DNA from: an uncultured Candidatus Peribacteria bacterium
Lineage (GTDB): Bacteria; Patescibacteriota; Gracilibacteria; Peribacterales; Peribacteraceae
NCBI GenBank assembly: GCA_964628805.1
Contig: CAZVOK010000004.1
Coordinates: 20,163-84,162, forward strand
Length of the DNA stretch: 64,000 nucleotides
Reading direction: 5' to 3'
Made by a program: the position numbers and the translations under genes. Shown here piece by piece: positions 1 through 10,258 of the stretch; position 1 is the stretch's first letter, and every line of letters begins with the position of its first letter. The notes under the pieces were generated by a model. The model saw only the letters and a program-made list of their open reading frames with translations, did no database searches and had not been told where the DNA came from.

Positions 1-2335
1 GGAAAAACCGGGAACGAAACTTGCCGAGGCGCTCGAGACCGATGAAATGAAAATCGCGTACAAGGAAAATGAAACGTACAAGAAAATTATTGATACCGCG
101 CTCAAGCTAGAAGGAAAAGCGCGTCACGTCTCCATCCACGCGTGCGGCGTTATCATCACGCAGGAACCTGCCGATACGTACACGGCCGTACAGCGCGCGC
201 CAAAAGACGAGCACATCATCATCACGCAGTACTCGGCGAAGCCACTAGAGTCTTTGGGGCTTCTGAAAATGGACTTCCTGGGACTCACGAACTTGACCGT
301 AATCCAGACGACACTGGAACTGATCGAGAAATTGCACGGCATCAAATTGGACCTGGCGAACATTCCCCTGGATGACGCGCAAACATTTTCCTTGCTCCAG
401 AAGGGCGATACCACCGGCGTCTTCCAGCTGGAAAGTGCGGGAATGCGCAGGTACTTGAAGCAACTCAAGCCAAGCCAGTTTGGAGACATCACCGCGATGG
501 TGTCCCTCTATCGCCCGGGTCCGATGGACTGGATTCCGCAGTACATCAAACGCAAGCTCGGGCAGGAACAGGTGAACTACATTCACGATGACCTGAAGCC
601 CATTCTGGAACCGACGTATGGAATCGGCGTGTACCAGGAACAAATTTTGCAGATTGCGCAGGTGTTCGCCGGGTTCAGCTTGGGAGAAGCAGATTTGCTC
701 CGCCGTGCGATTGGAAAGAAAATCAAGAAGGAGCTCGATGCGCAGCGCGAAAAATTCATCGATGGAGCAATGCTCAAGGGCTACTCCAAAAAACTCGCAG
801 AGAAAATCTTCGACGATGTCATCACTCCGTTCGCGGGGTACGGATTCAACAAATCCCATGCCGCAGGGTACGCTCGCATCGCGTACGAGACGGCGTACCT
901 GAAGGCCCGGTTCCCCACGGAATTCATGGCAGCACTTCTCAGCAGCGACGCACAGAAGACCGACCGCGTGATGATCGAGATTGAGGAATGCCGTGCCATG
1001 GGCATCGCGGTACTTCCGCCGGATATCAATGAATCCTTCAAGGACTTCACTCCGGTGCTGCCCGAGGGAACGGCACTCAAAAACGGCAGCTCTCCCAAAG
1101 GCTCCATCCGCTTCGGGCTCGCGGCCATCAAGGGAATCGGCGAGACCTCTGTGGAGCAGCTGATTGTGGCACGCAATGAAGGCGGTGAATTTAAGACCGT
1201 GGAAGAATTCGCCAAGCGCACTCCCAGCAAAGTCCTGAACAAAAAAACTCTGGAGGCATTGGCCAAAAGCGGAGCCCTGGATTCCCTTGGCGACAGACGC
1301 GTGCTCCTGGAAAATTATGAGATGATCGTAGCCTACTGCAAGGCTTCGGGTGATGCGGGCAGTGCGCAGACAGATCTCTTTGGAGAGCTGGAACAAACGG
1401 AAGAGGAGTCCTCCATAAAGTTTCCGAAGACAGAAAAGGCGAACAATTTGGAGAAACTGAAGTGGGAGAAGGAAACACTTGGAATGTATGTGAGCAGCCA
1501 CCCGCTCGCGGGGCTCAGAAAGTACATCGGAAAGAAAGCGCAGTTGATCGGGAATCTAACGAGTAAAGAAGTGGGCAAGCAGGTGACTATCGCCGGCATA
1601 GAAGAAGGCATCAAAAAGATCATGACTAAGAAAGGTGAGACCATGGCCATTTTGATGATGGAAGATCCCACGGGAAAAATGGAAGTGACCCTCTTCCCCA
1701 GAGTCTACACACAAGTGGCAAATCTTTTGGAGCTACAGGATACCGTCCTCGTCATCAAAGGAACCCTGGACATGCGAGGCGGGCAACTGCAGATGCGCGG
1801 AGAAGCTCTGAAGAAGGCGTCGCTCAGTACCATGATCACGCGCGCCAAAGAGGAAGGATTCTTTGATGAAGAAGAAGCCAAGAACGGACTTTCCTTCAAG
1901 CGACGCGAGGATGACGTAGAGGTAGTGGAAATAGTGGATGAAGAAGGAAACGTGATTGCAGGAGAGACCGTGAAGCTTGGAAATAAAGAGGAGGAAGAAG
2001 AATTCTTCGGACCCGTGGGAAAATGGATATTCGCCGGCATGAAAAAAAATGCCGCACTGAAGGCCCTGGGTCTCGATGAATTTTTGGAAGACGAGCAGGC
2101 AACGAGCCTGGCGAATGACGCCGCGGACGTGCACACCATCACTCTCCCTGCGCGCGCACCCAAGCAGCTACTGGTAGACCTCAAGCAGATTTTCCAGACA
2201 TTTCCGGGGAAAGATAAAATCCAGCTGAAGATCGGCGAGCAGATGATTCCAGTGCCACTGACTGTCACCCTCTCCGCCATTCTGGATGCGAAGATTGCAG
2301 AGGTGATGCAGAAGTACGAGGAGGTCCCCGCCTAA
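1..2335 (+). CDS. dnaE: DNA polymerase III alpha subunit, C-terminal part (5' end lies upstream of the window)
   Basis: The frame of ORF 47..2335 is open to the window edge. Pol III alpha-like motifs are present (HACGVII, LKMDFLGL, GVFQLES, SLYRPGP, GFNKSHAAGYA, LGMYVSSHPL). Confidence 0.9.
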   Translation, partial: EKPGTKLAEALETDEMKIAYKENETYKKIIDTALKLEGKARHVSIHACGVIITQEPADTYTAVQRAPKDEHIIITQYSAKPLESLGLLKMDFLGLTNLTVIQTTLELIEKLHGIKLDLANIPLDDAQTFSLLQKGDTTGVFQLESAGMRRYLKQLKPSQFGDITAMVSLYRPGPMDWIPQYIKRKLGQEQVNYIHDDLKPILEPTYGIGVYQEQILQIAQVFAGFSLGEADLLRRAIGKKIKKELDAQREKFIDGAMLKGYSKKLAEKIFDDVITPFAGYGFNKSHAAGYARIAYETAYLKARFPTEFMAALLSSDAQKTDRVMIEIEECRAMGIAVLPPDINESFKDFTPVLPEGTALKNGSSPKGSIRFGLAAIKGIGETSVEQLIVARNEGGEFKTVEEFAKRTPSKVLNKKTLEALAKSGALDSLGDRRVLLENYEMIVAYCKASGDAGSAQTDLFGELEQTEEESSIKFPKTEKANNLEKLKWEKETLGMYVSSHPLAGLRKYIGKKAQLIGNLTSKEVGKQVTIAGIEEGIKKIMTKKGETMAILMMEDPTGKMEVTLFPRVYTQVANLLELQDTVLVIKGTLDMRGGQLQMRGEALKKASLSTMITRAKEEGFFDEEEAKNGLSFKRREDDVEVVEIVDEEGNVIAGETVKLGNKEEEEEFFGPVGKWIFAGMKKNAALKALGLDEFLEDEQATSLANDAADVHTITLPARAPKQLLVDLKQIFQTFPGKDKIQLKIGEQMIPVPLTVTLSAILDAKIAEVMQKYEEVPA

Positions 2336-2670
2336 TGTTTTTTCTGTTTAGGAATTTTCTTTTTTAGAGCAGGCAATGCTGCGGCAGTCCTGCGAATAAG
2401 CTCAGTGATCCAAGCTTGATCATCCCACAGGTCTTCTTCGATGACCAAGAATGGTTTTGATCCCGGGTACGGTGGAGCTTCTTCGGCGCGTGTCGCAAAC
2501 GCTTTTCCCTCCGCAGTAGGCTTCACAAAGAGCCTATTGTCGCACACAAGCGCTACTACTTTGTCGTCACAGTACACCGCGTATTCGCCGAACATCTTTC
2601 TGCTGCGGATAGTGCCGGCGCCGGACATTTGAGCTACCAGGTGATCAACGATGCTTTGGCTTGTGGCCAT
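2332..2670 (-). CDS. TfoX N-terminal domain protein (competence-regulator-like)
   Basis: The segment RKMFGEYAVYCDDKVVALVCDNRLFVKPT resembles a TfoX_N domain. The start is placed at the internal ATG (MATSQ...) because ORF start 2745 would abut the divergent gene. Confidence 0.6.
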   Translation of the reverse strand: MATSQSIVDHLVAQMSGAGTIRSRKMFGEYAVYCDDKVVALVCDNRLFVKPTAEGKAFATRAEEAPPYPGSKPFLVIEEDLWDDQAWITELIRRTAAALPALKKKIPKQKKH

Positions 2671-2744
2671 ACAAATATCATACAACAAAAAGACTTGAGT
2701 GTTTTTGACAAAACCATCACTTTTCGGGAGAATGGAAGATTCCA

Positions 2745-2969
2745 ATGCCCACTATGTTCATTGTCGGCCTTGTGGGTGCGGTGATTGTGCTATCCGAGTG
2801 GGCGATGTGGCGACTGTTTTTGAAGAGATTTGAAGGCATGCACTTCCCGCACGATGTGGATGCATCCTCGGCACCGTTTTTCACACTCGCGCGGCTGCGC
2901 GTGTTTGTCATCGGTCACACGGTATTTCTCCTCACTGTGCTGACTCTTCTCTTCTTCCCCCAGTGGTAA
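2745..2969 (+). CDS. small membrane protein, unknown function
   Basis: 74-aa ORF with two hydrophobic segments. It overlaps the next gene (GTG start 2963 precedes the TAA stop at 2967-2969), which suggests coupling. Confidence 0.45.
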   Translation: MPTMFIVGLVGAVIVLSEWAMWRLFLKRFEGMHFPHDVDASSAPFFTLARLRVFVIGHTVFLLTVLTLLFFPQW

Positions 2970-3556
2970 ATACCTCGCCCCACCCCGGCATTACGTTTCA
3001 GGGGAAAGATCCTCAGGAGACATTTCAGTTCTACTACCGGCAACATTGGATACGGCTTCTGTGGCCGTTTGTGCGGATGGCGGGCCTCACAGCTATTCTC
3101 ATTGGTGTAGAGTATCTGTTTTTTGAGCAGATACAGCCGGAAGGAGAAACGGGCAGGCACGGAGTGCTCCTCCTGGTCTTTGGATTTTTCACGCTGGTCC
3201 AGTGGGAATTTTTGGTGCGGTTCTACCGGCACTTCTTAAGCGTCATCATCGTGACCGATAAAAAGATCCATAGAATCAAAAAGACACTCGTCTTTTTGGA
3301 CACTCACCAAAGCATCGATCTCTGGGTACTCCAGGACATCAAAAAAACTCAACGCGGCATTATCCAAAATATCTTAGGATTCGGCACGCTCATCCTGGAA
3401 GCTCAGGACTCAGAGCTGAGAATCCATTTCACACCCAAAATAGGAAAACGGTACAACGACTTGATGCACCTGAGGGAACGAGCGAGGCATCAGGAAACGA
3501 GTATTCCTTTGGTGTCGCAGACACTGGCGAAGGGGAAGAAGAAGATAGACCTATGA
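2963..3556 (+). CDS. membrane protein with bacterial PH-like (YdbS/YdbT-type) domain
   Basis: Two TM segments are followed by a DKKIHRIKKTL...GTLILEAQDSELRIHF segment that resembles bPH_2 proteins. Confidence 0.5.
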   Translation: MVNTSPHPGITFQGKDPQETFQFYYRQHWIRLLWPFVRMAGLTAILIGVEYLFFEQIQPEGETGRHGVLLLVFGFFTLVQWEFLVRFYRHFLSVIIVTDKKIHRIKKTLVFLDTHQSIDLWVLQDIKKTQRGIIQNILGFGTLILEAQDSELRIHFTPKIGKRYNDLMHLRERARHQETSIPLVSQTLAKGKKKIDL

Positions 3557-3637
3557 TGGCATCGCAAACAGATGGCTTGCACTTGAGCTCGCAATAGCAT
3601 TGCCAACCCCCCTCCATCCCTCTCTATACTAACTCTT

Positions 3638-4252
3638 ATGAACATCCTTCCTGTAGAGCTCGACATTTTGGACGAGACACTCACAGTTCTCCGAAATGGG
3701 GGAGCGGTGGCCATCGGCAGTGACGCCGGCTACGTGTTTGTGTGCGATGCCACCAATGCGGAGAGTGTGAAGAAAATTTTTGCTTTAAAAAAACGCGCAC
3801 ACGGTCGCCCCATTTCCACTCTTTTCTCCACCTTGGAAGATTCCATGAAATACACGCAGTGGAGCGTGGATGCGTATCAGCTTGTCCAAAGGCACATTCC
3901 CGGAGCACTTGTTATCATTACACCCATGAAGAACACGGTGACGTCGATGATTTACGCAACCCCGGAAGGTGCGGGGACTATCGGCGTGCGCATCACATCG
4001 TATCCGCTCCTCACAAAAATCGTCGCGCTCTTTGGGTCACCGCTTGCCTGCACTTCAGCACACTTGGAAGGGCAACCACTGTGCTACAACGTCTCTGAAC
4101 TCGTGAAACAATTCGGCACTTCCCCAGTAGAGCCAGACCTGGTAATAGACTGCGGCGAACTCCCTCGCATGGACGCCTGCACCGTCATCGATATGAGGAT
4201 CGATGCGGAAAAGATGGTAGTAAGGCAGGGGACAGTAAAAGTGGAAATGTAA
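3638..4252 (+). CDS. tsaC: L-threonylcarbamoyladenylate synthase (YrdC/Sua5/TsaC family)
   Basis: YrdC-like fold motifs are present (AIGSDAGYVFVCDA, KKRAHGRPIS, SPLACTSAHLEGQP). The length is 204 aa. Confidence 0.75.
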   Translation: MNILPVELDILDETLTVLRNGGAVAIGSDAGYVFVCDATNAESVKKIFALKKRAHGRPISTLFSTLEDSMKYTQWSVDAYQLVQRHIPGALVIITPMKNTVTSMIYATPEGAGTIGVRITSYPLLTKIVALFGSPLACTSAHLEGQPLCYNVSELVKQFGTSPVEPDLVIDCGELPRMDACTVIDMRIDAEKMVVRQGTVKVEM

Positions 4253-4333
4253 AGAATCGAAAAATGGCTTTGGCTAGACGCAACTTCGCCTCTCATTTTT
4301 TGTCATAACCTCCTAGCCCTAACCCCAACCCTA

Positions 4334-4411
4334 CCTGTCGGCCGTAGCTTCAATGAAATGATGTTTTAAAGCAGAAAATGCATACCGAAGCGTTTACGGA
4401 GCGAAGGCTGA
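4334..4411. repeat. copy d of the bipartite motif (CCTG-stem-GTAGCT...GAGCGAA-stem), reverse orientation relative to copies at 49.3-50.0 kb
   Basis: CCTG TCGGCC GTAGCTT ...45 nt... GAGCGAA GGCTGA. The closing 6-bp stem is complementary with one G-T pair. Confidence 0.45.
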
Positions 4412-4427
4412 ACCCTATACTCATCCC

Positions 4428-4874
4428 ATGCACTGCCCCCACTGCAAATCCACCGATACCGCAGTTATTGATTCTCGTCTGACCGAGGAAGGCCGCGCCG
4501 TGCGCAGGCGCCGGGAATGCCCCAAGTGCAGCCACCGTTTCACCACTTTCGAGCGCCAGGAACTAAGCTCATTGATCGTCATCAAGCGCGACGGCACCCG
4601 CGAACCCTACAGTCGCCAGAAGATCGAACGAGGAATCTGGCTCGCCTGTACCAAGAGACCCGTGAGCGAGGACCAGATAGAAAAGCTTCTCACGAAGTCC
4701 GAAGAAAAATGGGGTGCCAACAAGAAAGAAGTAGCGAGTTCTACCATTGGAAATGACGTGATGCGAGAGTTGCAGAAGATCGACCAGGTGGCCTACATCC
4801 GCTTTGCATCTATCCACAGAGAATTTAAGGATGTGGAGGAGTTTAAGGAGGAGCTGGGGAAGTTGTTTACGTGA
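4428..4874 (+). CDS. nrdR: transcriptional repressor NrdR
   Basis: N-terminal zinc ribbon MHCPHCKS...CPKCSHRFTTFE plus an ATP-cone region. The length is 148 aa. Confidence 0.93.
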   Translation: MHCPHCKSTDTAVIDSRLTEEGRAVRRRRECPKCSHRFTTFERQELSSLIVIKRDGTREPYSRQKIERGIWLACTKRPVSEDQIEKLLTKSEEKWGANKKEVASSTIGNDVMRELQKIDQVAYIRFASIHREFKDVEEFKEELGKLFT

Positions 4875-4899
4875 CGCTTCTTTCCTCTAATAGTCCAGA

Positions 4900-5541
4900 T
4901 TATTCGGAATATTTTTTCAAGGTAGAAATGTATTTTTTGAGGGAAGATGTTTCCGCCCTATCAGTTGTAATTTCAAAGGTATCGGCGCCTAGTTGGATCA
5001 CTATTCGGTGAATTTTTTGCTCTCCCAACATATCTCCTTGAATTTCATCAAACTCAATTCCTTCCATTCCATTGAGAGTGATCCATTTAAATGAAGTGAT
5101 TTCTCTGAATTTTTTGCTTTCTCCAGTTTGAGGATCGACTGTTACCTCATGATTCAAATATCCTTCCAAAGTTTCATTTTTGAATACCAAGATATCGATC
5201 CCATAGAAAATACGATACCTATCGGACGAATCGGACTCATAGGAATTCTTTGGAACGAAATCGACACTTAAGTCGCATGCATATACTTCAGAATTCCGAC
5301 CGCCACATCCATCTTGATGAATTTCCCAATCCTGCGGATAGTTTATGGAAAATCCGTAAGTTTTATTGATGTACGTACCACTTGAATATTCGGAAATAAT
5401 GCTGGAGCGAGCAGATGAGCTGGCTGGAGAACTTGGAACACTAGACTCTTCGCTTTTTATTTCTGGAGAACATGCTACTAGAGCAAAAGTTACACCGACT
5501 ATAGATACCAATTTTGAGAGCATAGAATTATTTTTATACAT
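4900..5541 (-). CDS. putative lipoprotein, unknown function
   Basis: Signal peptide with lipobox (FALVAC) followed by a Ser-rich linker. Confidence 0.6.
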   Translation of the reverse strand: MYKNNSMLSKLVSIVGVTFALVACSPEIKSEESSVPSSPASSSARSSIISEYSSGTYINKTYGFSINYPQDWEIHQDGCGGRNSEVYACDLSVDFVPKNSYESDSSDRYRIFYGIDILVFKNETLEGYLNHEVTVDPQTGESKKFREITSFKWITLNGMEGIEFDEIQGDMLGEQKIHRIVIQLGADTFEITTDRAETSSLKKYISTLKKYSE

Positions 5542-5692
5542 CCCCAGACCTGACCATACAAGGATTAGTAAAGCCGCAAGTATCCAAGAAAATAGGAAAA
5601 GAATTCATTTCCATCAGTCTGCTGAGAAATTGCCAATTTCCCCAAAACTCCCTCTAGCAACACCCCCGTCTACATCCCTATACTCCACTCAT

Positions 5693-7453
5693 ATGATACG
5701 CACCCACACCTGCGGCGACCTTCGCCCGGAACACTCAGGCCAGACTGTCACCCTCTGCGGATGGGTACACCGCCGCCGCGACCACGGAGGACTCATGTTC
5801 ATAGATCTTCGCGATCACTACGGCCTCACACAGGTACTTTTTGATCCATCAGATAAAGATGTATTTGCAAAAGCAGAATCTCTGAGATCCGAATGGGTCA
5901 TTAAAATTGTGGGTGAAGTGCAAAAACGTCGTGAAGGTGCGGAGCGTGCCGAGAATCCTACGGGGATGATCGAAGTGGCAGTGAAAGAATTGGAAATTCT
6001 GAGTGAATCCAAGACTCCTCCGTTCGAGATCGATCAAGAGAAAGAAGTGAATGAAGACCTTCGTCTGCAGTACCGATTCTTAGACCTACGTCGTCCACGC
6101 TTGCAAGAAATGATGGTGAAGCGCGATCAGCTTATTACTCACGTACGACAGTACATGCACGGCCAGGGATTCACAGAGGTGCAAACACCGATCCTCGCAA
6201 ACTCGTCCCCAGAAGGAGCACGCGATTACCTGGTTCCAAGTCGCCTGCACCCAGGAATGTTCTACGCCCTTCCGCAGGCGCCTCAGCAGTTTAAGCAGCT
6301 TCTGATGGTGGCAGGACTGGACCGCTACTTTCAGATAGCCCCTTGTTTCCGTGATGAAGACCCACGCGCAGACCGTCATCCAGGAGAATTCTATCAGCTA
6401 GATATGGAAATGAGCTTTGTGACCAAAGACGATGTGTTCGGTGTTATCGAACCACTCATCGCAGAAGTGACGGAGAAATTCAGCGACAAGAAAGTGACGC
6501 ACAGGCCTTTCCCAAGAATTTCCTGGAAAGATGCCTGGAACCGCTTTGGATCCGATAAGCCGGACATGCGCTACGAGATGGAGTTGCAAGATGTGTCTGA
6601 GATTGTGAAGGGCTCCGGCTTCGCAGTCTTTACGGGAGCTATTGAAAATAAAGGAGTAGTAAAAGCACTCCCCGTACAAGGAGGAGCCGAGTTCAGCCGC
6701 AAGGACATTGATGAACTTACCGAGACCGCAAAGATCTACGGCCTTAAGGGCCTTGCGTACATTCTCGTAAAAGAAGGGGAATTGCAGTCCCCCATCGTAA
6801 AATTCTTAGGTGACGATGTGGCCAAGAAGATTGTGGAATCACTGGGGCTCAAAGCAGGCGACGCCGTATTCTTTGCTGCCGATGAATGGATGACCGCCTG
6901 CAAAGGACTTGGTCAGGTTCGCGTGGCTGCCGCAAAGAAGCTCGGGCTTGCCGACCCAAACAAGGCCGCCTGGGTGTGGGTCATCGACTTCCCGATGTAC
7001 GAGTGGAACGAAGACCTGAAGAAAATCGACTTTTCGCACAATCCATTCTCCATGCCACAGGGCGGAATGGACGCGCTCTTGAATCAAGAGCCTACAACGA
7101 TCCTCGCAGATCAGTACGACCTTGCGTGTAACGGCTTTGAGCTCATGAGCGGCGCTATCCGTAACCATAAGCCTGAGGTGATGTACAAAGCCTTCGAGAT
7201 CGCCGGCTACAGCAAAGAAGAAGTAGACGCCCGCTTCGGCGGCATGATCCGCGCATTCCAGTACGGAGCTCCTCCACACGGAGGCTGCGCCCCGGGGCTC
7301 GACCGCCTCATGATGATGCTCTGGGAATGCCCAAGCATCCGCGACATCTACGCCTTCCCCAAAAACGGCAAGGCACAGGATGTGATGATGAACGCACCTT
7401 CGCCGGTAATGGAGAAGCAATTGAAAGAACTGCATATTAAAGTCACCGATTAG
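5693..7453 (+). CDS. aspS: aspartate--tRNA ligase
   Basis: MIRTHTCGDLR...GWVHRRRDHGGLMFIDLRDHYG (OB fold), class II motifs FRDED...PGEFYQLD and GGCAPGLDR. The start is set at the internal ATG 5693, because the upstream ORF part overlaps the opposite-strand lipoprotein gene. Confidence 0.93.
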   Translation: MIRTHTCGDLRPEHSGQTVTLCGWVHRRRDHGGLMFIDLRDHYGLTQVLFDPSDKDVFAKAESLRSEWVIKIVGEVQKRREGAERAENPTGMIEVAVKELEILSESKTPPFEIDQEKEVNEDLRLQYRFLDLRRPRLQEMMVKRDQLITHVRQYMHGQGFTEVQTPILANSSPEGARDYLVPSRLHPGMFYALPQAPQQFKQLLMVAGLDRYFQIAPCFRDEDPRADRHPGEFYQLDMEMSFVTKDDVFGVIEPLIAEVTEKFSDKKVTHRPFPRISWKDAWNRFGSDKPDMRYEMELQDVSEIVKGSGFAVFTGAIENKGVVKALPVQGGAEFSRKDIDELTETAKIYGLKGLAYILVKEGELQSPIVKFLGDDVAKKIVESLGLKAGDAVFFAADEWMTACKGLGQVRVAAAKKLGLADPNKAAWVWVIDFPMYEWNEDLKKIDFSHNPFSMPQGGMDALLNQEPTTILADQYDLACNGFELMSGAIRNHKPEVMYKAFEIAGYSKEEVDARFGGMIRAFQYGAPPHGGCAPGLDRLMMMLWECPSIRDIYAFPKNGKAQDVMMNAPSPVMEKQLKELHIKVTD

Positions 7454-7550
7454 ACTTGAGACTAGAGATTTGAGACATGAGTAATGAACAAAAATTCGAA
7501 AACCAAGAGGCGCAGACACACTCAGGTCTCACGTCTCAAGTCTCATATCT
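7452..7550. repeat. heptad-word hairpin element (GAGACTT word)
   Basis: The left array AGACTTGAGACTAGAGATTTGAGACATGAG faces the right array CTCAGGTCTCACGTCTCAAGTCTCATATCT. Segments 7452-7462 and 7533-7543 are perfectly complementary. Confidence 0.7.
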
Positions 7551-7559
7551 TCCCTCATT

Positions 7560-8474
7560 ATGCCAACGCCACCCACTGATCCTGCGGCATTCAATCCCAA
7601 CGATGAACTGCAGAAGTTTCAGAACGAAAGTCTGATGCGCGTGCGGGAAGATGAAGCCAAAAGAGCAGAAGCCATGGAGGAGCGCCATGCGGAGAAGAAG
7701 GATTTTGAAGCCCGCGGTAAAGAATTGATTGCCCAGAAAACTGCAGCTGAGCAGGAAGCTCGGCGTGAAAAAATGGAGTGGCTTCGTAATAAAAAGAATA
7801 ATGAGGAAGAAATACGTCTGGATAAAGAGCGCCGACAGAAAGAAGCTCAAGCCCTGGAGGATAAGAAGAAAAAAGAAGAAGAGTACCGCGAGCAGCGAAA
7901 AGAATACTTCGATACGCTCCATGAAGTAGCCAGCAGACAGGGATTTGAAAAGAAACAGGCAATGGAAGAAGATCAAGAACGTAAGCGCGCCATAGAGCTG
8001 GCTGAGCGCGAAGCCATACAGCAAAGACACGCCGCAGAAATGGAAGAGCGCAAAACTAAGCAGGACCTGGAAAAAGCACTTCTGCGAAGCAGGGACGAAT
8101 TGGAAAAGCAGCACCAGCAGAAGCAAGCCGCCATCTACAGCGAGGAAATTCAGAAAAAACTAAAAGTAGAAACCGAGATGCACCAGAAAATGATGACCGT
8201 GTCCGGAGTGGCATCCGACCACCAAAGGCAGACCGTAGAACTGGAGCTCCGTTCAAAGCTTCATCAAATGGATAGGGATTTTCAAAAGCAACGCAGTGAG
8301 GCAGATACCTGGTACGCCAGCGAAAGACGGCTTCTGGAACAGGAAAATATGAAGGCACGCCTCGGAGCCGAAAGCGAAAGGCGCAGGCGTTTTACGGATA
8401 TTGAGCATCAGTTGCGAGATAGAAAAGTGGAGATTCAAAAAGAGTACGAGAAAAAGAAAAAACACACCCAGTAG
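7560..8474 (+). CDS. highly charged (E/K/R-rich) coiled-coil protein, unknown function
   Basis: 304-aa ORF with strong charged heptad-like composition and no recognisable catalytic motif. Confidence 0.55.
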   Translation: MPTPPTDPAAFNPNDELQKFQNESLMRVREDEAKRAEAMEERHAEKKDFEARGKELIAQKTAAEQEARREKMEWLRNKKNNEEEIRLDKERRQKEAQALEDKKKKEEEYREQRKEYFDTLHEVASRQGFEKKQAMEEDQERKRAIELAEREAIQQRHAAEMEERKTKQDLEKALLRSRDELEKQHQQKQAAIYSEEIQKKLKVETEMHQKMMTVSGVASDHQRQTVELELRSKLHQMDRDFQKQRSEADTWYASERRLLEQENMKARLGAESERRRRFTDIEHQLRDRKVEIQKEYEKKKKHTQ

Positions 8475-8498
8475 TACTGCTTGCTTTATCAAATCTCC

Positions 8499-10256
8499 TT
8501 AAGAAGCCGCATTCTGCATTTCTTCATTGATGCCCTTCAGTCTGGAGAAGAGTTTTTTAATCTTGTCTGCATTTGGCCCACTATTCACTTCCGCAGGAGA
8601 ATTTTTACCTGGCTCATACCAGCCTCCATAGGAAGCAGAGATCTCCCACTTCGTGGTAAATCTCATGTAGCGCGTCTGAGTCCACGTGGAATCCGTAGGG
8701 ACTGTCCACTCATTAGATCCATGGGATTCTGGCTCTGTTCCCATCGCATCACGGAAAGCATTCAATCCATCATTTTTAAATTCTTCTCTTACTTTTGTTT
8801 TTTCCTGTTCTTTCTCGCGTGAATTTTTCACAGTCTCCTTTCTTATTTCATCAAGCTCTTTTAGATCATCCTCTAAGATCTGCAGGTCTTTTGTAGATAC
8901 ATCTACTTTCTTTTGCGCAGCTTCTACAAGCTTTGGGTCCACAGGCTTCTTGGCTTTTTCAGCGACCAATTCACGTTCTGCAGAATCTTTTTCTTCTTTT
9001 TTTGTATCCTTTTCAGATTTTTTCTGCTTAGTAAGTTCGTCAATTTTCTTCACTTCACTCATTTCAGGGTCACCCATTTTCTGCTGATCTGCAATCTCTT
9101 TTTTCAGTTTTTCCCGACGCTGTGCCTTGAGCACTTCAGGCTTTGGAGCCGGAGGGCCGACAGTAGGTATCACAATAGACGCTTCTGGCTTTTTCTCTGC
9201 TTCTTTTTTCTGTGACCCACTTTTTACGGCTTTCAATTTATTCATAATTGCTCCACCCAAACGCATAAGTCCCATAAATTTATTCATGGGCTCTTCCCAT
9301 TTTTCCGTATACTTGGCTATTCGAGGCTTCTCTGAACCATCCAAAAGTCCATCTTCATTGGTAACATCAATGCCAAGCATCTGCAATTTTCCCAAAGAAC
9401 TTTCGCGAACATACAGCTTTTCATCATCGGTTTTTGCTTTGGACAAGCCTTCCTTAGCACTTACAAGCATGTCTTGTGCCTTCTTTATTACTTCAGAATC
9501 ATGCTTTTCTTTTTCTACAGGATCTTCGGGCTTACTTGGATTTTTCATTTCTGCCTGAATAGCTTTTGAAAGCTCATTCATTTTTGGCGTATGCAAAAAG
9601 CCATGTGCTATTTTCAATTTTTCCGATGATGCAGGAAGAAGGGCTGGTAAAAAGACTGACTTTTTTTCATTAGGATTGAGCCCCCTATATGCTTCTGCGA
9701 AATTCCGTAAATCTTGAATAAGCCCGGAATCGGTATCCATTTTTTGCAAGACTGCTTCCATAGCAGCGGCAATATCAGGCTGCATTCCTGTTTTCATTTC
9801 CAAATACACAGGATCGCTTTTCACTTCATCAAATACTTTTTTTGGCTTATCAGGAGAAGATGAAGAAGTAACTTCATATGCAACATTTATCTTTCCATCC
9901 GTCATTCCAATTCTTACAAATTTAAATCCTGCAGCAATAACCAATTGGTCAATTGAGAGCATTGCTTCCTCATCTGTCTTCCCTTGAGTCTTCAGGTGGT
10001 CAAATTCTGCCTGCAGTATCTTATTAAAAACTGGTCGTGCTTTATCTGCATCTTCTCCCGCCGATCCAATTCTCTTTGCAGTTTCTACTAAAATTAGCTC
10101 ATTGGGCGACAAAATAACTTCTTTTGTGCGAAGTGTTATGTCTTTCAACTTATCGGCCTCAGGAGTCGGTGCCCTATCAGGACCTGATGGGGGGGTCATG
10201 AAAAGCAATCTTCGTTCGCCTATAGAAACACTGGATGTGGAAAATAGATTACGCAT
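8499..10256 (-). CDS. large K/E-rich protein, unknown function (partner Q1 of the duplicated cassette)
   Basis: The ATG lies 2 nt after the stop of the upstream small gene. The N-terminal FSTSSVSIGERRLLF resembles FSFIGLSEHRLIGF of ORF 12388..12990. Confidence 0.6.
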   Translation of the reverse strand: MRNLFSTSSVSIGERRLLFMTPPSGPDRAPTPEADKLKDITLRTKEVILSPNELILVETAKRIGSAGEDADKARPVFNKILQAEFDHLKTQGKTDEEAMLSIDQLVIAAGFKFVRIGMTDGKINVAYEVTSSSSPDKPKKVFDEVKSDPVYLEMKTGMQPDIAAAMEAVLQKMDTDSGLIQDLRNFAEAYRGLNPNEKKSVFLPALLPASSEKLKIAHGFLHTPKMNELSKAIQAEMKNPSKPEDPVEKEKHDSEVIKKAQDMLVSAKEGLSKAKTDDEKLYVRESSLGKLQMLGIDVTNEDGLLDGSEKPRIAKYTEKWEEPMNKFMGLMRLGGAIMNKLKAVKSGSQKKEAEKKPEASIVIPTVGPPAPKPEVLKAQRREKLKKEIADQQKMGDPEMSEVKKIDELTKQKKSEKDTKKEEKDSAERELVAEKAKKPVDPKLVEAAQKKVDVSTKDLQILEDDLKELDEIRKETVKNSREKEQEKTKVREEFKNDGLNAFRDAMGTEPESHGSNEWTVPTDSTWTQTRYMRFTTKWEISASYGGWYEPGKNSPAEVNSGPNADKIKKLFSRLKGINEEMQNAAS

Positions 10257-10258
10257 AA

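Noticed and set aside
245-1501. 418-aa minus-strand ORF, and several other ORFs on either strand, inside dnaE
   Set aside because: These are shadow ORFs overlapping a strongly supported dnaE frame. They have low-complexity, Arg/Leu-rich composition and no motifs. The same reasoning applies to long overlapping ORFs within mfd, rnj, the pilus genes, secA and 29568..31601.
5366-5692. N-terminal 109-codon extension of the aspS ORF
   Set aside because: It overlaps the opposite-strand lipoprotein gene and has no AspRS similarity. The conserved protein begins at ATG 5693.
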